Source of the DNA: Mobula hypostoma
Taxonomy: Eukaryota
DNA: 64,000 bases
Assembly (NCBI RefSeq): GCF_963921235.1
Contig: NC_086097.1
Location: 55,678,001 to 55,742,000, forward strand
Direction of reading: 5' to 3'
Under the pieces are notes generated by a model. That model did not search any database, was not told the DNA's origin, and saw only the letters and a program-made list of their open reading frames with translations. A program made the translations under genes and the position numbers. This document shows positions 21,791-35,019 of the stretch, piece by piece (the first letter of the stretch is position 1; every line of letters starts with the position of its first letter).

Positions 21791-23154
21791 ACTTAATTAA
21801 AAAACAGTTATACTATAAATCTGATAAGGAAACAGAAAATGCTGATCTGAACTGAATCTTTAACTGTTTCTCCTTCCATGTGTGCTTACTGAGGCACTGA
21901 GCGTCTAATGTGTTTGCTGTTTTTGTTTCACTAAATTGAGAGAGTATGGTACAGGTCCTCACTGAGTTAATATTTAACTGATGTTTGCTGCATTTTTACT
22001 TTTAGGATGCTGGTGTATTGATGTTTTCACGACCATCTCCAGAGTCAAAGGCATTATGAAAGCAAATACATTAGCAAGTAAAATGAGTTGGTATTTCACA
22101 TGTTATATTTATGCAAACCTTTCCATATTTACTTAGAAAAAATGCAAATTCCACCAAATAGTTCTGCTCGGGTACACGTGATGTGATGTCTTATCTGACC
22201 AGTAGGTAAATTTGGGAGTAATTAAAAGCAACTGGCCTTCACTGATTTTGCCTTCAGCTGTTCTATTAGTTAATTATCTCCCTACTTGGTGTTAAGATTG
22301 CCTGCTCAGTGACACTGAGAGTCAAAGGAAGGAGCTAAATTACTTTAATTATGGAGTAATTGCACACAGAGATGTTAATTAAATCTTGATCAGTTTGAGC
22401 AAGTGAATTGATTTCTCTCACTTAGAATGCAAGCCACAGAGAGAGAAATCGTTTCATAGTTTAATTAATGTTACCAACAAAATCTTATCATATCTCTGAC
22501 ATTCCAAACAGGCACTTAACTGAGTTAGGCCTTTGTGCATTTTCTTCATCTTAAATACACCCATGAGATACTACATCAAGTATGTTTGCCCAGGAGCAGG
22601 AGGACTTTTTTATTATTTTAGTCTTGTAGCCTGCACCGTTCCAATGCAGTGAACACTTCTGTGACGCATTATCATTTCCACAGTTAAATCTAGGGGATGT
22701 GGGTCAATATGACTATTTTGTATGAAGTGCAAGGGGTACTGAGTTACCAGATTGAGTTGCTACAGTGCTCTAACTTTGACTGGATATGAAAGAGCAGATC
22801 TACCATTAGACCATTGGGAAAGGGGGCATTTAATGAGGTTGAAATTAAGTGTGGATACAGTTCTGGTTTAGCTACCTGGTCTGAATTTCAGACTTTGTCA
22901 TAGTTACTTTATGCACGCTGCTCACCCATAACTCTGCACAGAGGTCTTCCATCAACTTCACTACAGAATTTACACTAAAAATAAATAATCACTTTTTCTC
23001 CATCTCCAAATAAGCATTAACTTTGCTTTCCTTTCTCCTTGCCAACAAATTGTCAGCCCCACAGGAGAAAGAGTTAACCCAGGCTCTTCTTGTTCTTGCC
23101 TCCCCCTTCATGGAATGAATTTTAGCCTCATGGTTGAGTTACTGGACTTACATG

Positions 23155-23912
23155 CAGTTAAGTCAAGTTTATTGTCATTTAACTGGATACAGTACACCTA
23201 TACTATCAAACAAGACAACGTTTCTCCAAACCAGGGTGTAAAGCACTGTAGTATATGTAACACATAATAACTTGTGAAAGTAAGGATGAAATCTACAGAT
23301 GGCTTGCATTTAAATAAACAAAATAAAGTGCATAAATTAAAAATATTGTAAGGTACAGAACAGATTAACCAGTGACACTTTGAATGCGATGTGGCAGGGA
23401 GTTCAGAAGCCTGATGGCCTGAGGGAAGAAATTGTTTCCCAACCTAGCCATTCTTGCTTTTATGCGTCGGAGTCTCCTGCCTGATGGTAGAAAGTCAAAG
23501 AGGATGCTGGATGGATAGGTGGGGTCCTTAATAATACTAAGGATCCTGCATAAGCAACGCTTCTGATAAACATCCCCAAAGAATGGTAGAGAGACCCCTA
23601 TGATCCTCTCAGTTGTTCTCAGAGTCCTTTGTAGGGACTTCTGGTCCGATGCTCGGCTTCTCCCATACCAGATGGAGATGCAAACCAGGATTCTTGCAAT
23701 TGTGTTCCTATAAAATATGGTTTAAATGGGGTGGGGGGGAGAGCCTTGCTTCCCTCTGTGCCTTCTTGTTCAGGGAGGTGATATTAAGGGACCAGGTGAG
23801 GTCATCGACGATGTGAACTCTCAGGAACTTGGTGCATTGAACTCTCTCTACATATATATGCAGAGGGGGATGGTTGATCTGCACCTTCCTGAAGTCCACA
23901 ATAATTTCCTTG
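23155..23912 (-). mobile_element. Rex1/Babar LINE 3' fragment (second family)
   Basis: MDFRK...VERVQCTKFLRVHIVDDLTWSLNITSLNKKAQ; 3' end GACAATAAACTTGACTT. Confidence 0.8.
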
Positions 23913-23919
23913 GACCTGA

Positions 23920-24170
23920 ATCATGAATCCAGAGACTCAAGTTACACCGGCTGGTCAATTTTAATTCAGTTAATTAAATAATCTGGAATGGAAAAAGAAA
24001 CTAATGTCAGTAATAGTAATTGTGTTTCTATGGGGTAAAACCCCATCGGATTCATTGGAATCCATTGCGGAAGGAAGCCTGGCCTTGACTATGGGTGACT
24101 CCAAACACATTGCTATGTGGTGAACCTCTGGAAAAGCTGGACAAGCCACTCAGTTTAGAGGCACAGAATA
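23920..24170 (+). mobile_element. Old SINE-like dispersed repeat (related copies at about 38635-38870 minus and 60560-60700 plus)
   Basis: Shared segments GTGACTCCA(G/A)AC(C)CA...GCWATGTG and CAGTAAT...AAAACCC among the copies. Confidence 0.5.
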
Positions 24171-25596
24171 TTTGCACAACCAGTAATAGCCTCTGACTAT
24201 CCACATGATCAATACCCCTCATCATCTTATACACCTCTATCAGTTCACTTCTCATCCTCCGTCGCTCCAAGGAGAAAAGGTCAAGTTCACTCAACCTATT
24301 CTCATAAGGTACACCCTCCAGTCCAGGCAACATCCTTGTAAATCTCCTCTGCAGTCTCTCTATAGTATCCACATCCTTCCTGTAATGATGTGACCAGAAC
24401 TGAACACAATATTCCAAGTGGGGTCTGACCAGGGTCCTATATAGCTGTAACATTACCTCACAGCTCTTGAACTCAATCCCATGGATGATGAATGCCAACA
24501 CACTCCATACGTCTTCGCAACAACACTCTCAACCTGCGCAGCTGCCTAAGATCTTGCTGATCCACCAAACTGCCAAGAGTCTTACCATTAATATTATATT
24601 CTGTCTTCAAGTTTGACCTACTGAAATGAACCACTTCACACTTATCTGAGTTGAACTCCATCTGCCACTTCTCAGCTCAGTTCTGCATCCTATCGATGAC
24701 CTGCTGTAACCTCTGACAACCCTTCAGAGTATCCACAACACCCCCAACTTTCATGTCATCAACAAACTTACTAACCCACCTTCTATTTCCTCATCCAGGT
24801 CATCTATAAAAATCACAAAGAGGAGGGGTCCCAGAACAGATCCCTGTGGAACACCACTGGTCACTGACCTCCATGCAGAATATGACCCATCTACAACTAC
24901 TCTTTGCCTTCTGTGAGCAAACCAGTTCTGGATTCACAAAGCAAGGTCTCCTTGGATCCCATGCTTCATTACTTTATGAATGAGCATTGCAAAGGGAACC
25001 TTATCAAATGCCTTACTGAAATCCATATACATTACATTCATAACTCTACCTTCATCAATGTGTTTTGTTACATCTTCAAAGAATTCAATCAGGTTCTTAA
25101 GGCATGACCTGCCCTTGACAAAGCCATGTTGATTATCCCTAATCAGATTATGTCTCTCCAAATGCTCATAAATCCTGCCTCTCAGGATCTTCTCCTACAA
25201 CTTGCCCACCACTGAAGTGAGTCCTACTGGTCTATAATTTCCTGGGTTATCTCTGCTCCCTTTCTTGATCAAGGGAATGATGTTTGCAACCTATCAATCC
25301 TCTGCTACTTCTCTCATCCCTTTTGATGATGCAAAGGTCATTGCCAGAGGCTCAACAATCTCTTCCCTCACTTCCCACAGTAGCTTGGGGTACATTTCAT
25401 CTGGTCCCGGTGATTTATCTAACTTAATACCTTTCAAATGCTCTTTCTTAATGTCTCTATACTGAAGCGTTTCAGTCAGCTGTAAGTCATCCCCATAATT
25501 GCCAAGGTCCTTTTCACTGGTGAATACTGAAGCAAAGTATTCATTGAGTACCTCCGCTATTTCCTTCGGTTCCATGCACGTGTTTCCACTCTCATT

Positions 25597-25759
25597 ACTA
25601 TCTTACTATCTCTTCTTCCAGTTAGTCCTGATGAAGGGTCTCGGCCTGAAACGTCGACCGTGCTTCTTCCTATGGATGCCGTCTGGCCTGCTGCGTTCCA
25701 CCAGCATTTTTTGTGTGTTGCCTGAATTTCCAGCATCTGCAGATTTCCTCGTGTTTGCA
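25597..25759 (+). mobile_element. 163-bp PLE terminal insertion inside the CR1
   Basis: 14-bp TSD TTTCCACTCTCATT at 25583-25596 and 25760-25773. Confidence 0.9.
25624..25659 (+). ncRNA. Minimal hammerhead ribozyme with intact catalytic core
   Basis: GTC-CTGATGA-AGGGTCTCGGCCT-GAAA-CGTC^GAC; predicted cleavage after C25655. Confidence 0.8.
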
Positions 25760-28037
25760 TTTCCACTCTCATTCCTGATTAGTCTTATTCTCACAAGGCT
25801 CATCCTCTTGCGCTTCACTTACTTATAGAATGCCTTGAGATTTTCCTTAATCCTGCTCACCAAGGCCTTCTCATGGCCCCTTCTAGCTCTCCTAATTCCA
25901 TTCTTGAACTCCTTCCTGGCATCCTTGTAATTTTCTAGAGCTCTAACAGTATCTAGTTTCTTGAACCTTTTGTAAGCTTTTCTTTTCTTCTTAGCTAGAT
26001 CTTCTCCATCCTTTGTACACCATGGTTCTTTTGCCCTACAATCCTTTCCCTGCCTCAATGGAACATACCCATGCAGAACACCATGCAGATGTTCCCTGAA
26101 CATTTGCCATATTTCTGTCATGCATTTCCCTGAGAACATCTGCTCCCAATTTATGTTCTCAAGTTCCTGCCTAATAGCATCATATTTCCCCCTATCTCAA
26201 TTAAATGTTTTCCCAAATTTTCTGCTCCTATCCCTCTCCAGCACAATGGTAAAGGAGATAGAATTGTGATCACTACGTCCAAAATGCTCCTCCAGCGAGA
26301 ATCTGACACCTGACCATGTTCAATTCCCAATACCAGATCAAGTACAGCCTCTCCATGAGTTGGGTTATCTACATATTACGTCAGGAAAACTTCCTGAACA
26401 CATCTAACAAACTCCACCCTATCCAAACCCCTTGCTCTAAGGAGATGACAGTCAGTATTGGGAAAGTTAAAATCACCCATCACTACAATCCTATTATTAT
26501 TGCACCGTTCCAGAGTCTGCCTCCCTATCTGCTCCTTGATGTCTCTGTTACTATTGGGTGGTCAAAAAAACACCCAGTAGAGTTATTGCCCCCTTTCTGT
26601 TTCTGACTTCCACCCACAACGACTCAGTAGAAAATCCCTCCATGACTTCCTCCTTTTCTGCAGCCGCGATACTATCCCTGATTAGCAACGCCACGCCTCC
26701 ACCTCTTTTGCCTCCCTCCCTGTCCTTTATGAAACATCTAAAGCCCGGCACACTCAACAGCCATTCCTGCCCCTGAGTCATCCAAGTCTCTGTAATGGCC
26801 ACAACATCAAAATTCCACGTATTGATCGTGCTCTAAGTCCATCCGCCTTGCTCATGATTCTCCTTGCATTAAAATAGTCACATCTCAGATCATCTGACTG
26901 AGTGCTTTTTTGGTCTATCATCTGGCTGTGCACCAACCACCCCATCTTCTGCCTATTCACTTCGGTTCCCACCCCCCGCAAATCTAGTTTAAACCCTCCC
27001 CAATAGCATCAGCAAATGTCCCTCCCAGGATATTGGTTCCCCTCCAGTTCAGGTGCAACTTGTACAGGTCACCTCCTTCCCCAGAAAAGAGTCCAATGAA
27101 CCAAAAACTTGAAACCCTGTCCCCTGCACCATCTCCTCAGCCACTCATTCATCTGCGCTACCTTCCTGTTCTGACCTTCACTAGCTCATGGCACCAGGAG
27201 TAATCCGGAGGTACCACCTCGGAGGCCCAGCTTTTCAGTCTCCTTCCTAACTCCGTAAACTTACCGCACGGGACCTCTAGCCCTCTCCCGCCTATGTCAT
27301 TGGTACCAACTTACCACGACCTCTGACTGCACACCCTCCCCTTCAAGAATATTCTGCAACCGCTCAGAGACATCCTGGACCCTAGTACCTGGGAGGCAAC
27401 ACACTATCCTGGCATCTCTTTTGCTGCCACAGCGTCTCTTATCTGTCCCCCTAACTATTGAGTCCCCCATGACAATTGCTCCGCCTGACTTCACCCTACC
27501 CTTCTGAGATTCAGAGCCGACCACAGTGTTATTGGTCGGGCTGCTGCTGCCTTGCCCAGATAGGTCACCTTCGCGCGCCCACCCCCCTCCGCCAGCAGTA
27601 TCCAAACAGATATACCTGTTGCTGAGGGGAATGGCCACAGAGGGACCCTGCACTGACTACTTTCTCCCTTTCCCTCTCTCGGTGTTCACCCATCTACTCC
27701 TGAATGTCTGAGTAAATAAATACAAATGCACTAAATGCCACCAAAAATGCATGTAGTTCATGATTCATTGAATTCATCGAGTTAATCCTTCAAAAGCCAT
27801 TTATTTAAGTGTCCGAAAACTCCAACAACCGTGTGAGAAGTCATAAGTAGCAACTGAACTGTTGTCTGAGATGAATAACCAACTATTTAAATTATTGCTG
27901 ATCTTTAAAAAAATGTGAGCTATGTTTCTGATACATAGCACATGATTTATGTATTAAAGCCTGTGTCATTTTCATTTATTATCTCCTTGCTCCACAGAAA
28001 CAATCAACATCCTTGCCAACTCCTCACCCAGAACTAA

Positions 28038-28561
28038 AGGCTGACTTATACTTCTGCATCAAATCGACACCGTAGGTATGGCGTAGCCGCGAACCCTACG
28101 TAGAGCCTACGCGTATCCCTACGCCGTAGCCTGACGCGCACCTCTCCCAAAATGTAACAACGCATTGCAGCAATACAGACCGCAACAACTGTGATTGCAT
28201 CTTGGTAGCATCTTGGTAGCATCGCATTTCCTCCTACGCTGCAATAGCTTCCCATTGGGCGACTGAAGGGCAGGGAAGGAACTCTGGCTGCAATGCTTTC
28301 CATAAAGCTTTACAGACCCCTGAAATTATGGAGGACACATGTCACTCTTACGAAAAAAGACGCTCGTTTTAAATTTGTTTACCCTGAGAAAGACTACCAT
28401 GACCATGAAGTCTTGCACGGGCAGGTGTGTGCTCATGCACGACGTGCCCGAGTTGCAGAGTGACGCAGACACACCAACGCACAAGTATAAATGCTCACAA
28501 CGTGCGTAGGCCACTTGTATAGGTTACGGAGTCGATTTGACACAGAAGTGTAAATCAGCCT
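28038..28561. mobile_element. Non-autonomous PIF/Harbinger DNA transposon (524 bp)
   Basis: About 37-bp TIR AGGCTGA(C/T)TTA(T/C)ACTTCTG...AAATCGAC(A/T)CCGTA; TAA TSD at 28035-28037 and 28562-28564. Confidence 0.88.
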
Positions 28562-30044
28562 TAACTCAGCAGCAGCCCCTACTTTAAGTAAAATGTCTGG
28601 ACCTATCTCTCAACCCCAACAATTCTGCATCTACTGGTGTAAATCACCAGCACTGTCACAATGAGTCATCTTTCCTGTGAAATCTGTTATGATCCATTTC
28701 TTTGCTGATACAGTTTTGGTGTCAAATATTGATTTTTTTGGAAATGATTTTCTACAATGATTGCAACTACACAGTTTGTTAAAGGTTTATAAATTCAACA
28801 ACCCAAGCTGTAATTCTACAAACCATGTTCTGTGTTCTAATCCCAGTTTATTTATAAAATTAGTCATTATTCTTCTCTAATGTTCCATTTGCTAATTATG
28901 CTTGTTAAAGTAGTTGTTGGAGCATTGGAATAAATGACTTCGTGGCTGTTGAACCAACAATCATAGGGCATTTATTTTCATGGATTAAATATATCAAGAA
29001 CAGACTGCGGTCTCCATGAGTCTGAACATACCTTTAAGAACAGAGGGCTCTTTGTGATGTATGTTTGACACATGGCTGTACCAGCCTTTGTTGTGAGGTG
29101 ATGATTGACTACTTTTATTAAAAAGTAGGTTATTGTTAGCTTTCTCCCTGAATCTCACTGTAGTGAGAGCCAACAAATAAAACCTATGGAATTTACTCAG
29201 ATTAAGCAATACATAAACCAAAAATCTGCTGTGTTGTCAAATTGCCCATGCAAATCACTTGATTGCAGTAAATGATTTCACTGGAAATTTTAATTATTTG
29301 AAGAAATGAACATGGATTTATAAAACATCTTCTAGCACTTCATAGCCAACAATTTGCTTTGGAGAACATTTATTGTTGTATAGCATAGAAATAAATTTGT
29401 TCACAGCAAGGTTCTTAACAATTAATTTATGATGGATCACTATATATATCTGTATCACTAAAGAAGACATGTACTCCTTTGCTTTTGCTTTTAATATCTC
29501 TCCAGATTCAGTGCTCCAGAAGTTTGAATGATAGCCTTCTGAGACTAGGACCTACTGAATCAAGCTGACACTTGATGGGTCGGGTCACATACACTGTCAC
29601 AGTGTGTTCTTCAAGTACTACTCCAAAACCAATCCTTGGCACTTAGATTTACTTTAGGGGTAGAGGTGCTGGCTGCAACATAATTTACTAATTGTAGGTA
29701 ATAATTATGAAGAGCAATAGATTAAAGTACTCTGGTAATCAACTACATAAAAATGCAATTTCATCATGAAGAAGAATGCAAAGGATTGCAATCATCACAC
29801 AACGTTTTCAATCTTCCTGAAGCGAATAGCTTTACCATGATTTTACATTTTATTAAAAGGTTTTTGGAAATGTGATGCAGATATTAGCATATGTATACTA
29901 GTAAGTTTGAACAACGTTCCTATGTGTGTAATTGCTATTGAAGCATCGGAAGACCCCGCAGTGGGGGTGCTGGGAATTTAGAGCATAAAATGGGTTTAGT
30001 GACTCCTTCATTCACAAACTTCCTAATGGTAAGAACATCAAAAA

Positions 30045-31600
30045 CCAAACAGTTGCTAATGCTGGAATATAGAATAAGAAAAAAAAACAGAATGCTAGAA
30101 GAACTTATCAGATCAAGCGGCATCTGTAGTTGCAAAAGATCTGTTGAAGTATTGGGTAGGTAGAACAGGGTGGGGGAGGAGGAGGGGAGAGATGAACAAA
30201 CAGAAGAGACTAAATGGACACTTGAGTGTGTGTGGGCTGAAGACCAAGGGTGGGGTGGGGTGAGGGTGGTGGGGGGGATGGGGGGAGGCTTACTTGAAGT
30301 TAGAAAATTCAGTGTTCAGACCATTATCCAAGCAGAATATGAGATGTTGGTCTTCCAGTTTGTGTTTGACTTCTCTGTAGCAATGGAGAAGGCTGAGAAC
30401 GGGCAGGTCGGTGTGGGCACAAGAAAAAAAACTTAAAATGTTGTTCAGCTAAAAGCTTGAGATGGCTATTGTGGACAGAACGCAGGTGCGCTGTCAAACA
30501 GTTGCCCTGTCTAAGCTTGGTTTCGTCCCTGCAGAGGGACCATCTAATGTAGTGGATTAGCTTGGAAGACATAACGGGTAACCCACTTCCTCGCTTGGAA
30601 GGACTGGATGATCATGACGGAGGAGGTGAAGGGCCAGGTTTTATGCCTCTGTGGTTGCAGGGAAAATGCCGGGTGACAGGGAGTGATGAGCAGACCAGGG
30701 AGTCTTGGAAAGAGTGGTCCCTGTAGAAAGTAGAAAGGTGGATGCAGAGAAGGAAAGATGAGACAGGTGATGGGATCACTTTTGGGCAGGTGGAAATGGT
30801 GAGAATGATGTGTTGGATGCAAAAGCCGGTGGGGGTGAAAGGTAAGCACCTGGAGAGCTGCATTGTTGTTCATCTGGGGTGGGGTAACCATGGCAGAAGG
30901 GAAGCCATGTTTCTGGAAGAAGAACAGCATTTTAGCAAGGTCTCATCTTGAAAATAGATGCGGTGAAGATGGAGTAATTGGCGAAAAGGGATAGCACCCT
31001 TACACAAAGCAGGATGGGAAGGTAACTGTGAGAATTGGTTAGATTATGGAAAATGTCAGTGACAAGTCTGTCTCTTGAGATAGAGACAGATCCACAAAAG
31101 GACAAGACAGTTCTGATGAATTTGAGAGCAGGGTGGAATTTGCTGAGTTTAGCACGAATACAGGAGCAGTCACTGATCCAGTCATTGTCATCATGGAGAA
31201 AGAGCTTGGGGTTGTTGGATGTAGGAATAGACTTGAAACAGTGCTTTTTCCACTTACCCAACTGTAAGGCAGTCACAGCTAGGTCCCATGCAAGTGCTTG
31301 TTGCCACCCCTGTGAGCTGCAGAAAGTGGGAGGAATTTAACAAGAAGTTGTTGAGGTTAAGGCCAAGTTCTGCCCTACACTGTTAGTAGAGGGAACTGTT
31401 TGGGACCCTGTTTCAGAATGGAATAGGGAGCCCTAAGGTCATCCTGGTAGCTGACCTGAGGTGCACAGAGACTGGATATCCATGATAAAGATGAGCTGGT
31501 GGAGACCAGGGAACTGGAAGTTATTATAATGCTGGAGGGCACGTGAAGTGTTCTGGATGTAAGTGGGAAGGAACGGGATAAGGAGAAATGTGGTGTAGTC
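30045..31600 (-). mobile_element. Old degenerate Penelope-like element with RT and GIY-YIG remnants
   Basis: Minus-strand MDIQSLCTS, FHPALKF, DRLVTDIF..TNSHSYL, HLRSVHN; PLE terminus at about 30045-30130; forward pLTR remnant with a decayed hammerhead at about 31680-31810. Confidence 0.82.
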
Positions 31601-31829
31601 CAGGTTACCTCTCAGGCACACTCATACAATATCTAGTTTACGCTTCTCCCATACTCTCATCCAGTTTCTTCTCTCCATTTGGCTCCACCTACCAGTCTCT
31701 GTCATAACCTACTTGTTTTGGCTTTTGTTAGCAATCCTTCCTCTTCTCTCTGAGATCTGATGCAGGGTTTCAACCTGGAACATACTTGCTCCTTTTGCCT
31801 CCATAGAATAATTTAAGTATCTCTATTAC

Positions 31830-32487
31830 ATTATTATTATTATTATTATGATTATGAGGACACACAGTCCCCTTTTATTGTTATTTAGTAATTCATGCAT
31901 TAAGAAATGATAAAAATGTTTTTCCAGCATGATATCATGAAAACACATGACAAACCGACTTAAAAACTAACAAAAAACACATAATTATAACATATAGTTA
32001 CAACAGTGCAAAGCAATACTGTAATTTGATAAGGTCAGACCATGGCACAGTAAAAGTCTCAGAGTCTCTCAAAGTCCCGTCATCTCACGCAGACGGTAAA
32101 CTCCCAGCGCTGCCAACTTGCCAATGCAGCATCCCGGAAGCGTCTGACCACAGTCCAACTCGGGAGTCTGACCGAAAAACTCTGAGCCTCCGACCACCTC
32201 CTGACGCTGATGCACTGAGCACCATCTCTGCCGAGCATTTTGATCCCGGCCCCAGCAACAGGCGATACACAAAGCCAAGGATTTGGGGCCTACATCTCCG
32301 GAGATTCTCGATCGCACAGTAGCAGCGGCAGTGAAGCAGGCATTTCAGAAGTTACTCCAGATGTTCTTCCGTGCTTTCATGGCTGTCCCCATCAAATCTG
32401 GATTGATACATGACCCCTAGTTACACATATCGATACTCATTTGGAACGGCCACGCATGCTACGTTGCGCCACCATCTTCTCCTCCCA
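31830..32487 (-). mobile_element. Apparently complete non-autonomous retroposon (about 660 bp)
   Basis: Minus-strand start GGGAGGAGAAGATGGTGGCG and simple-repeat tail (AAT)n; 3' part matches 2031-2182. Confidence 0.7.
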
Positions 32488-32629
32488 ATATTTTGCATAT
32501 ATTGCTAAAATGTCAAAGCAATTATGATAATGGCCTTCACAAAACAGCTGTAGAGGTGACCCAACTCATTCATGTTAGTTCATGTACCATCTGTTATGAT
32601 GCTAAAAGGTTTGTATTCAAGTAGTAATC

Positions 32630-33610
32630 AAAAAGCAAACACCTGCAGATGACCAAAATCTGAAATAAAACAGAAACGGCCAAAATTATTCATCAGGCCA
32701 TGCTGCATGTCTAGAGGGAGAAGCAGAGTTGATGATCTTTAATCAGTATGGTTCTAAAGAGACTGTTCACCCCATAAATTCCTGGTTCACACTCATCTCT
32801 ACCCCCAATCCTCTCATGACATAGTCGCATGGAACTGCAGGAGAAGCAGGCCCTGGTCTTTTACCTCTTCCATTACCATCATTCAGAGACCATAATACTC
32901 ATTTCAGCTGTGGCAAAAGCTCACTTGCACTTCTTTCCAGGTATGTGTCCTACATTCATTGTCTTATCTCTTCTACAGAGGAGAAACAATACAAATTAGA
33001 TAATTCTTTGCAGGACAGCTCTGTCCTGCCTGCAGGGGTGACCCTGAGCTTCCTGTTGCCTGTCATTTCAGTTCTCAATTCCGCTCAGATCAGATTCAGA
33101 TTTCTATTTATCACTTGTGCATCAACATATGTGGCGAAATGTGCCATTTGCATGAGCAGCCAATAGAAGGGTGTGTTGGGGGCAGCCCGCAATGTCGCCA
33201 CACATTCTGCGCCAACGTAGCATGCCCATAATGTTCAGCAGAACAACACAAGCAACATCAACAACAAAAAAAACAAAACAACAAAACAAGCCCTTACCCC
33301 TCTCCCACCCGTTCTCACACCCACCATGTTTTTACTCACTTCTCCTTCCACTTTATACTAACTTCTCCCTACTTTCCATGTCCATCCCAGCCCCACTCTC
33401 ATTCTGACCTGTGTGTCTTTATCCTCTTATCCTTTTCCAAAAAAATCAGATTCTCTCTGGGAATATTACAGCTCCCTGGAAGCAACCCTGAATTCATCAA
33501 TAATAGAAGAATCTTGAGGAACAGTTGTCAACCCGAAATGTTAATTCTGCTTCTAACTCTACGGATGCCGCCTGACCTGCTGAGCATCCCCAGCATTTTC
33601 AGCTTTCAGT
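32630..33610. mobile_element. Old inverted PLE relic with an internal LINE 3'UTR fragment (about 33085-33320)
   Basis: PLE-type termini at both ends in opposite orientation; decayed GIY-YIG-region similarity at about 32870-33080. Confidence 0.6.
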
Positions 33611-33912
33611 GCTTGCAAGCAAGCTGGCTGATCTGAATGGAATTCTGAATGAAAGGAAAAAGCAGGATTTCTTCATCCAAAGTGATGGAGTAGACTGGCT
33701 TAGAGATTAACTGGATGATTAATGTCCCACTGTTTCAATGTTTTAGAATAGATAGAGAGGGAGGTAAAAGGGGAGGGTGGAATTTGCACTATTAATCAGG
33801 GACAAACTCACCGCTGCACTCAGGGGGGACATAATCGATGGCTTGTCCACTGAGTCCATATGGTAGTACTCAAAAATAGGAAGGGTGCAATCACTCCAAT
33901 GGAATTGTACTA

Positions 33913-35019
33913 CAAAGGTTCAAAGGTTCATTTATTATCAAATGATACAACTTCAAAATTCTTCAATTCTCCAGGTAGTCATAACATCAAGAAAGAACAG
34001 AAAGGCAGCATGATCATCACCCCACAAATTCCACCTCTCCCTAAAATAATAAGCAAAAATGGATCAGGCATATCAACTTCCGAATGTCTCCTCCCACACA
34101 AAAAAACTGAACAAAATGGGTCAGACATATCAACCACCAAATTCCCCTCCCACACAAAAAAAGAACAAAATGGATCAGGTACATTGACCCCCAAATTCCT
34201 CCTCTCATACAAGAAAAAGCAAACAAAACTGATCAGGCTAATTGACCACCAAATCCCATTTCCTGCACAAAAAAATGAACAAAACGGATCAGGCACATTG
34301 ACCTCCAAATACCCCTCCTCACACAAAAAAAATCTGAGAAGATCGAGTGAAAAAACACAGAATATAAAAACTATAAGACTGGAAAAAAGAGTCTATAGTC
34401 CAAAGTCCAAATCCAAAATGCAGACAAAACCTGGACAAAAACTCTCCGCGCACAGTGGCAGGCTTTCTGATCAAAAGGCAAGCACTTTGATGCTTCAATC
34501 TCCCTCGTTGCTTTAATCAGCGAACAATGGGAGCTTTAATCAGTGAAAAGGAGTCTACCATCAGCTTGGGCCCTGTCCTGCAGCATGCCCACTTACAAAG
34601 TTCGCACACACTGCCCTTACCTCCCAGAACCCTCGCGGAGACTGCAAAGCACTGGAACACCCAAACGATCTCCATAATTCTGCATTTGCCTTGATGTTTC
34701 AATCACCCTCATCACTTTAATCAGTAAACAATGGAAGGTATAACTGTCAAAATGGGTCAAACATCACCCTGTGCACAATCCTGCTGAGGTTCGCTCACTT
34801 TGCCTCAGCCTTCCAGAGTCCTCTCGGAGACTGCAGAATGCTAAAGCATCCAAGCGATCTCTAATCACCAAAACACAGGTTCCAACGGTTCCAGAAACAC
34901 AATCAAGATGAGAAACAAATGTAAAAGACATAAAAGAAGTGAAAAGGATGGTTTCATGATCAATCCAGAAGATGTCGACCAAAGGAGCATTGTATGCAGG
35001 TGTCATCTTGACCAGAACA
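33913..35019 (-). mobile_element. Non-autonomous retroposon with internal tandem repeats, inserted in the CR1 endonuclease region
   Basis: Minus-strand start GTTCTGGTCAAGATGACAC and tail (TGAACCTT)n; 54-58-bp repeat array at 33990-34330 and a roughly 200-bp duplication at 34490-34870. Confidence 0.7.

Larger units (their letters stand above)
24187..27700 (-). mobile_element. Long degenerate CR1 LINE: ORF1 SGNH esterase, ORF2 APE endonuclease and RT; 3' end missing
   Basis: ORF1 IVMGDSIVRGTD...CCLPGTRVQDV; endonuclease [41 protein letters not shown]. Confidence 0.93.

Noticed and set aside
27297..27653. Host GDSL/SGNH lipase gene
   Set aside because: It lies directly upstream of the CR1 endonuclease on the same strand and matches the known CR1 ORF1 esterase domain.
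33990..34330. Spaced repeats resembling a CRISPR array (also 59315-59503)
   Set aside because: The sequence between conserved cores is itself repeated with no unique spacers, there are no cas genes, and the context is vertebrate.
33860..34516. 218-aa ORF with NGSG repeats
   Set aside because: It starts in CR1 sequence and runs across the A/C-rich antisense strand of a retroposon minisatellite. Unit lengths of 54-58 bp do not consistently keep frame, so it is open by composition.
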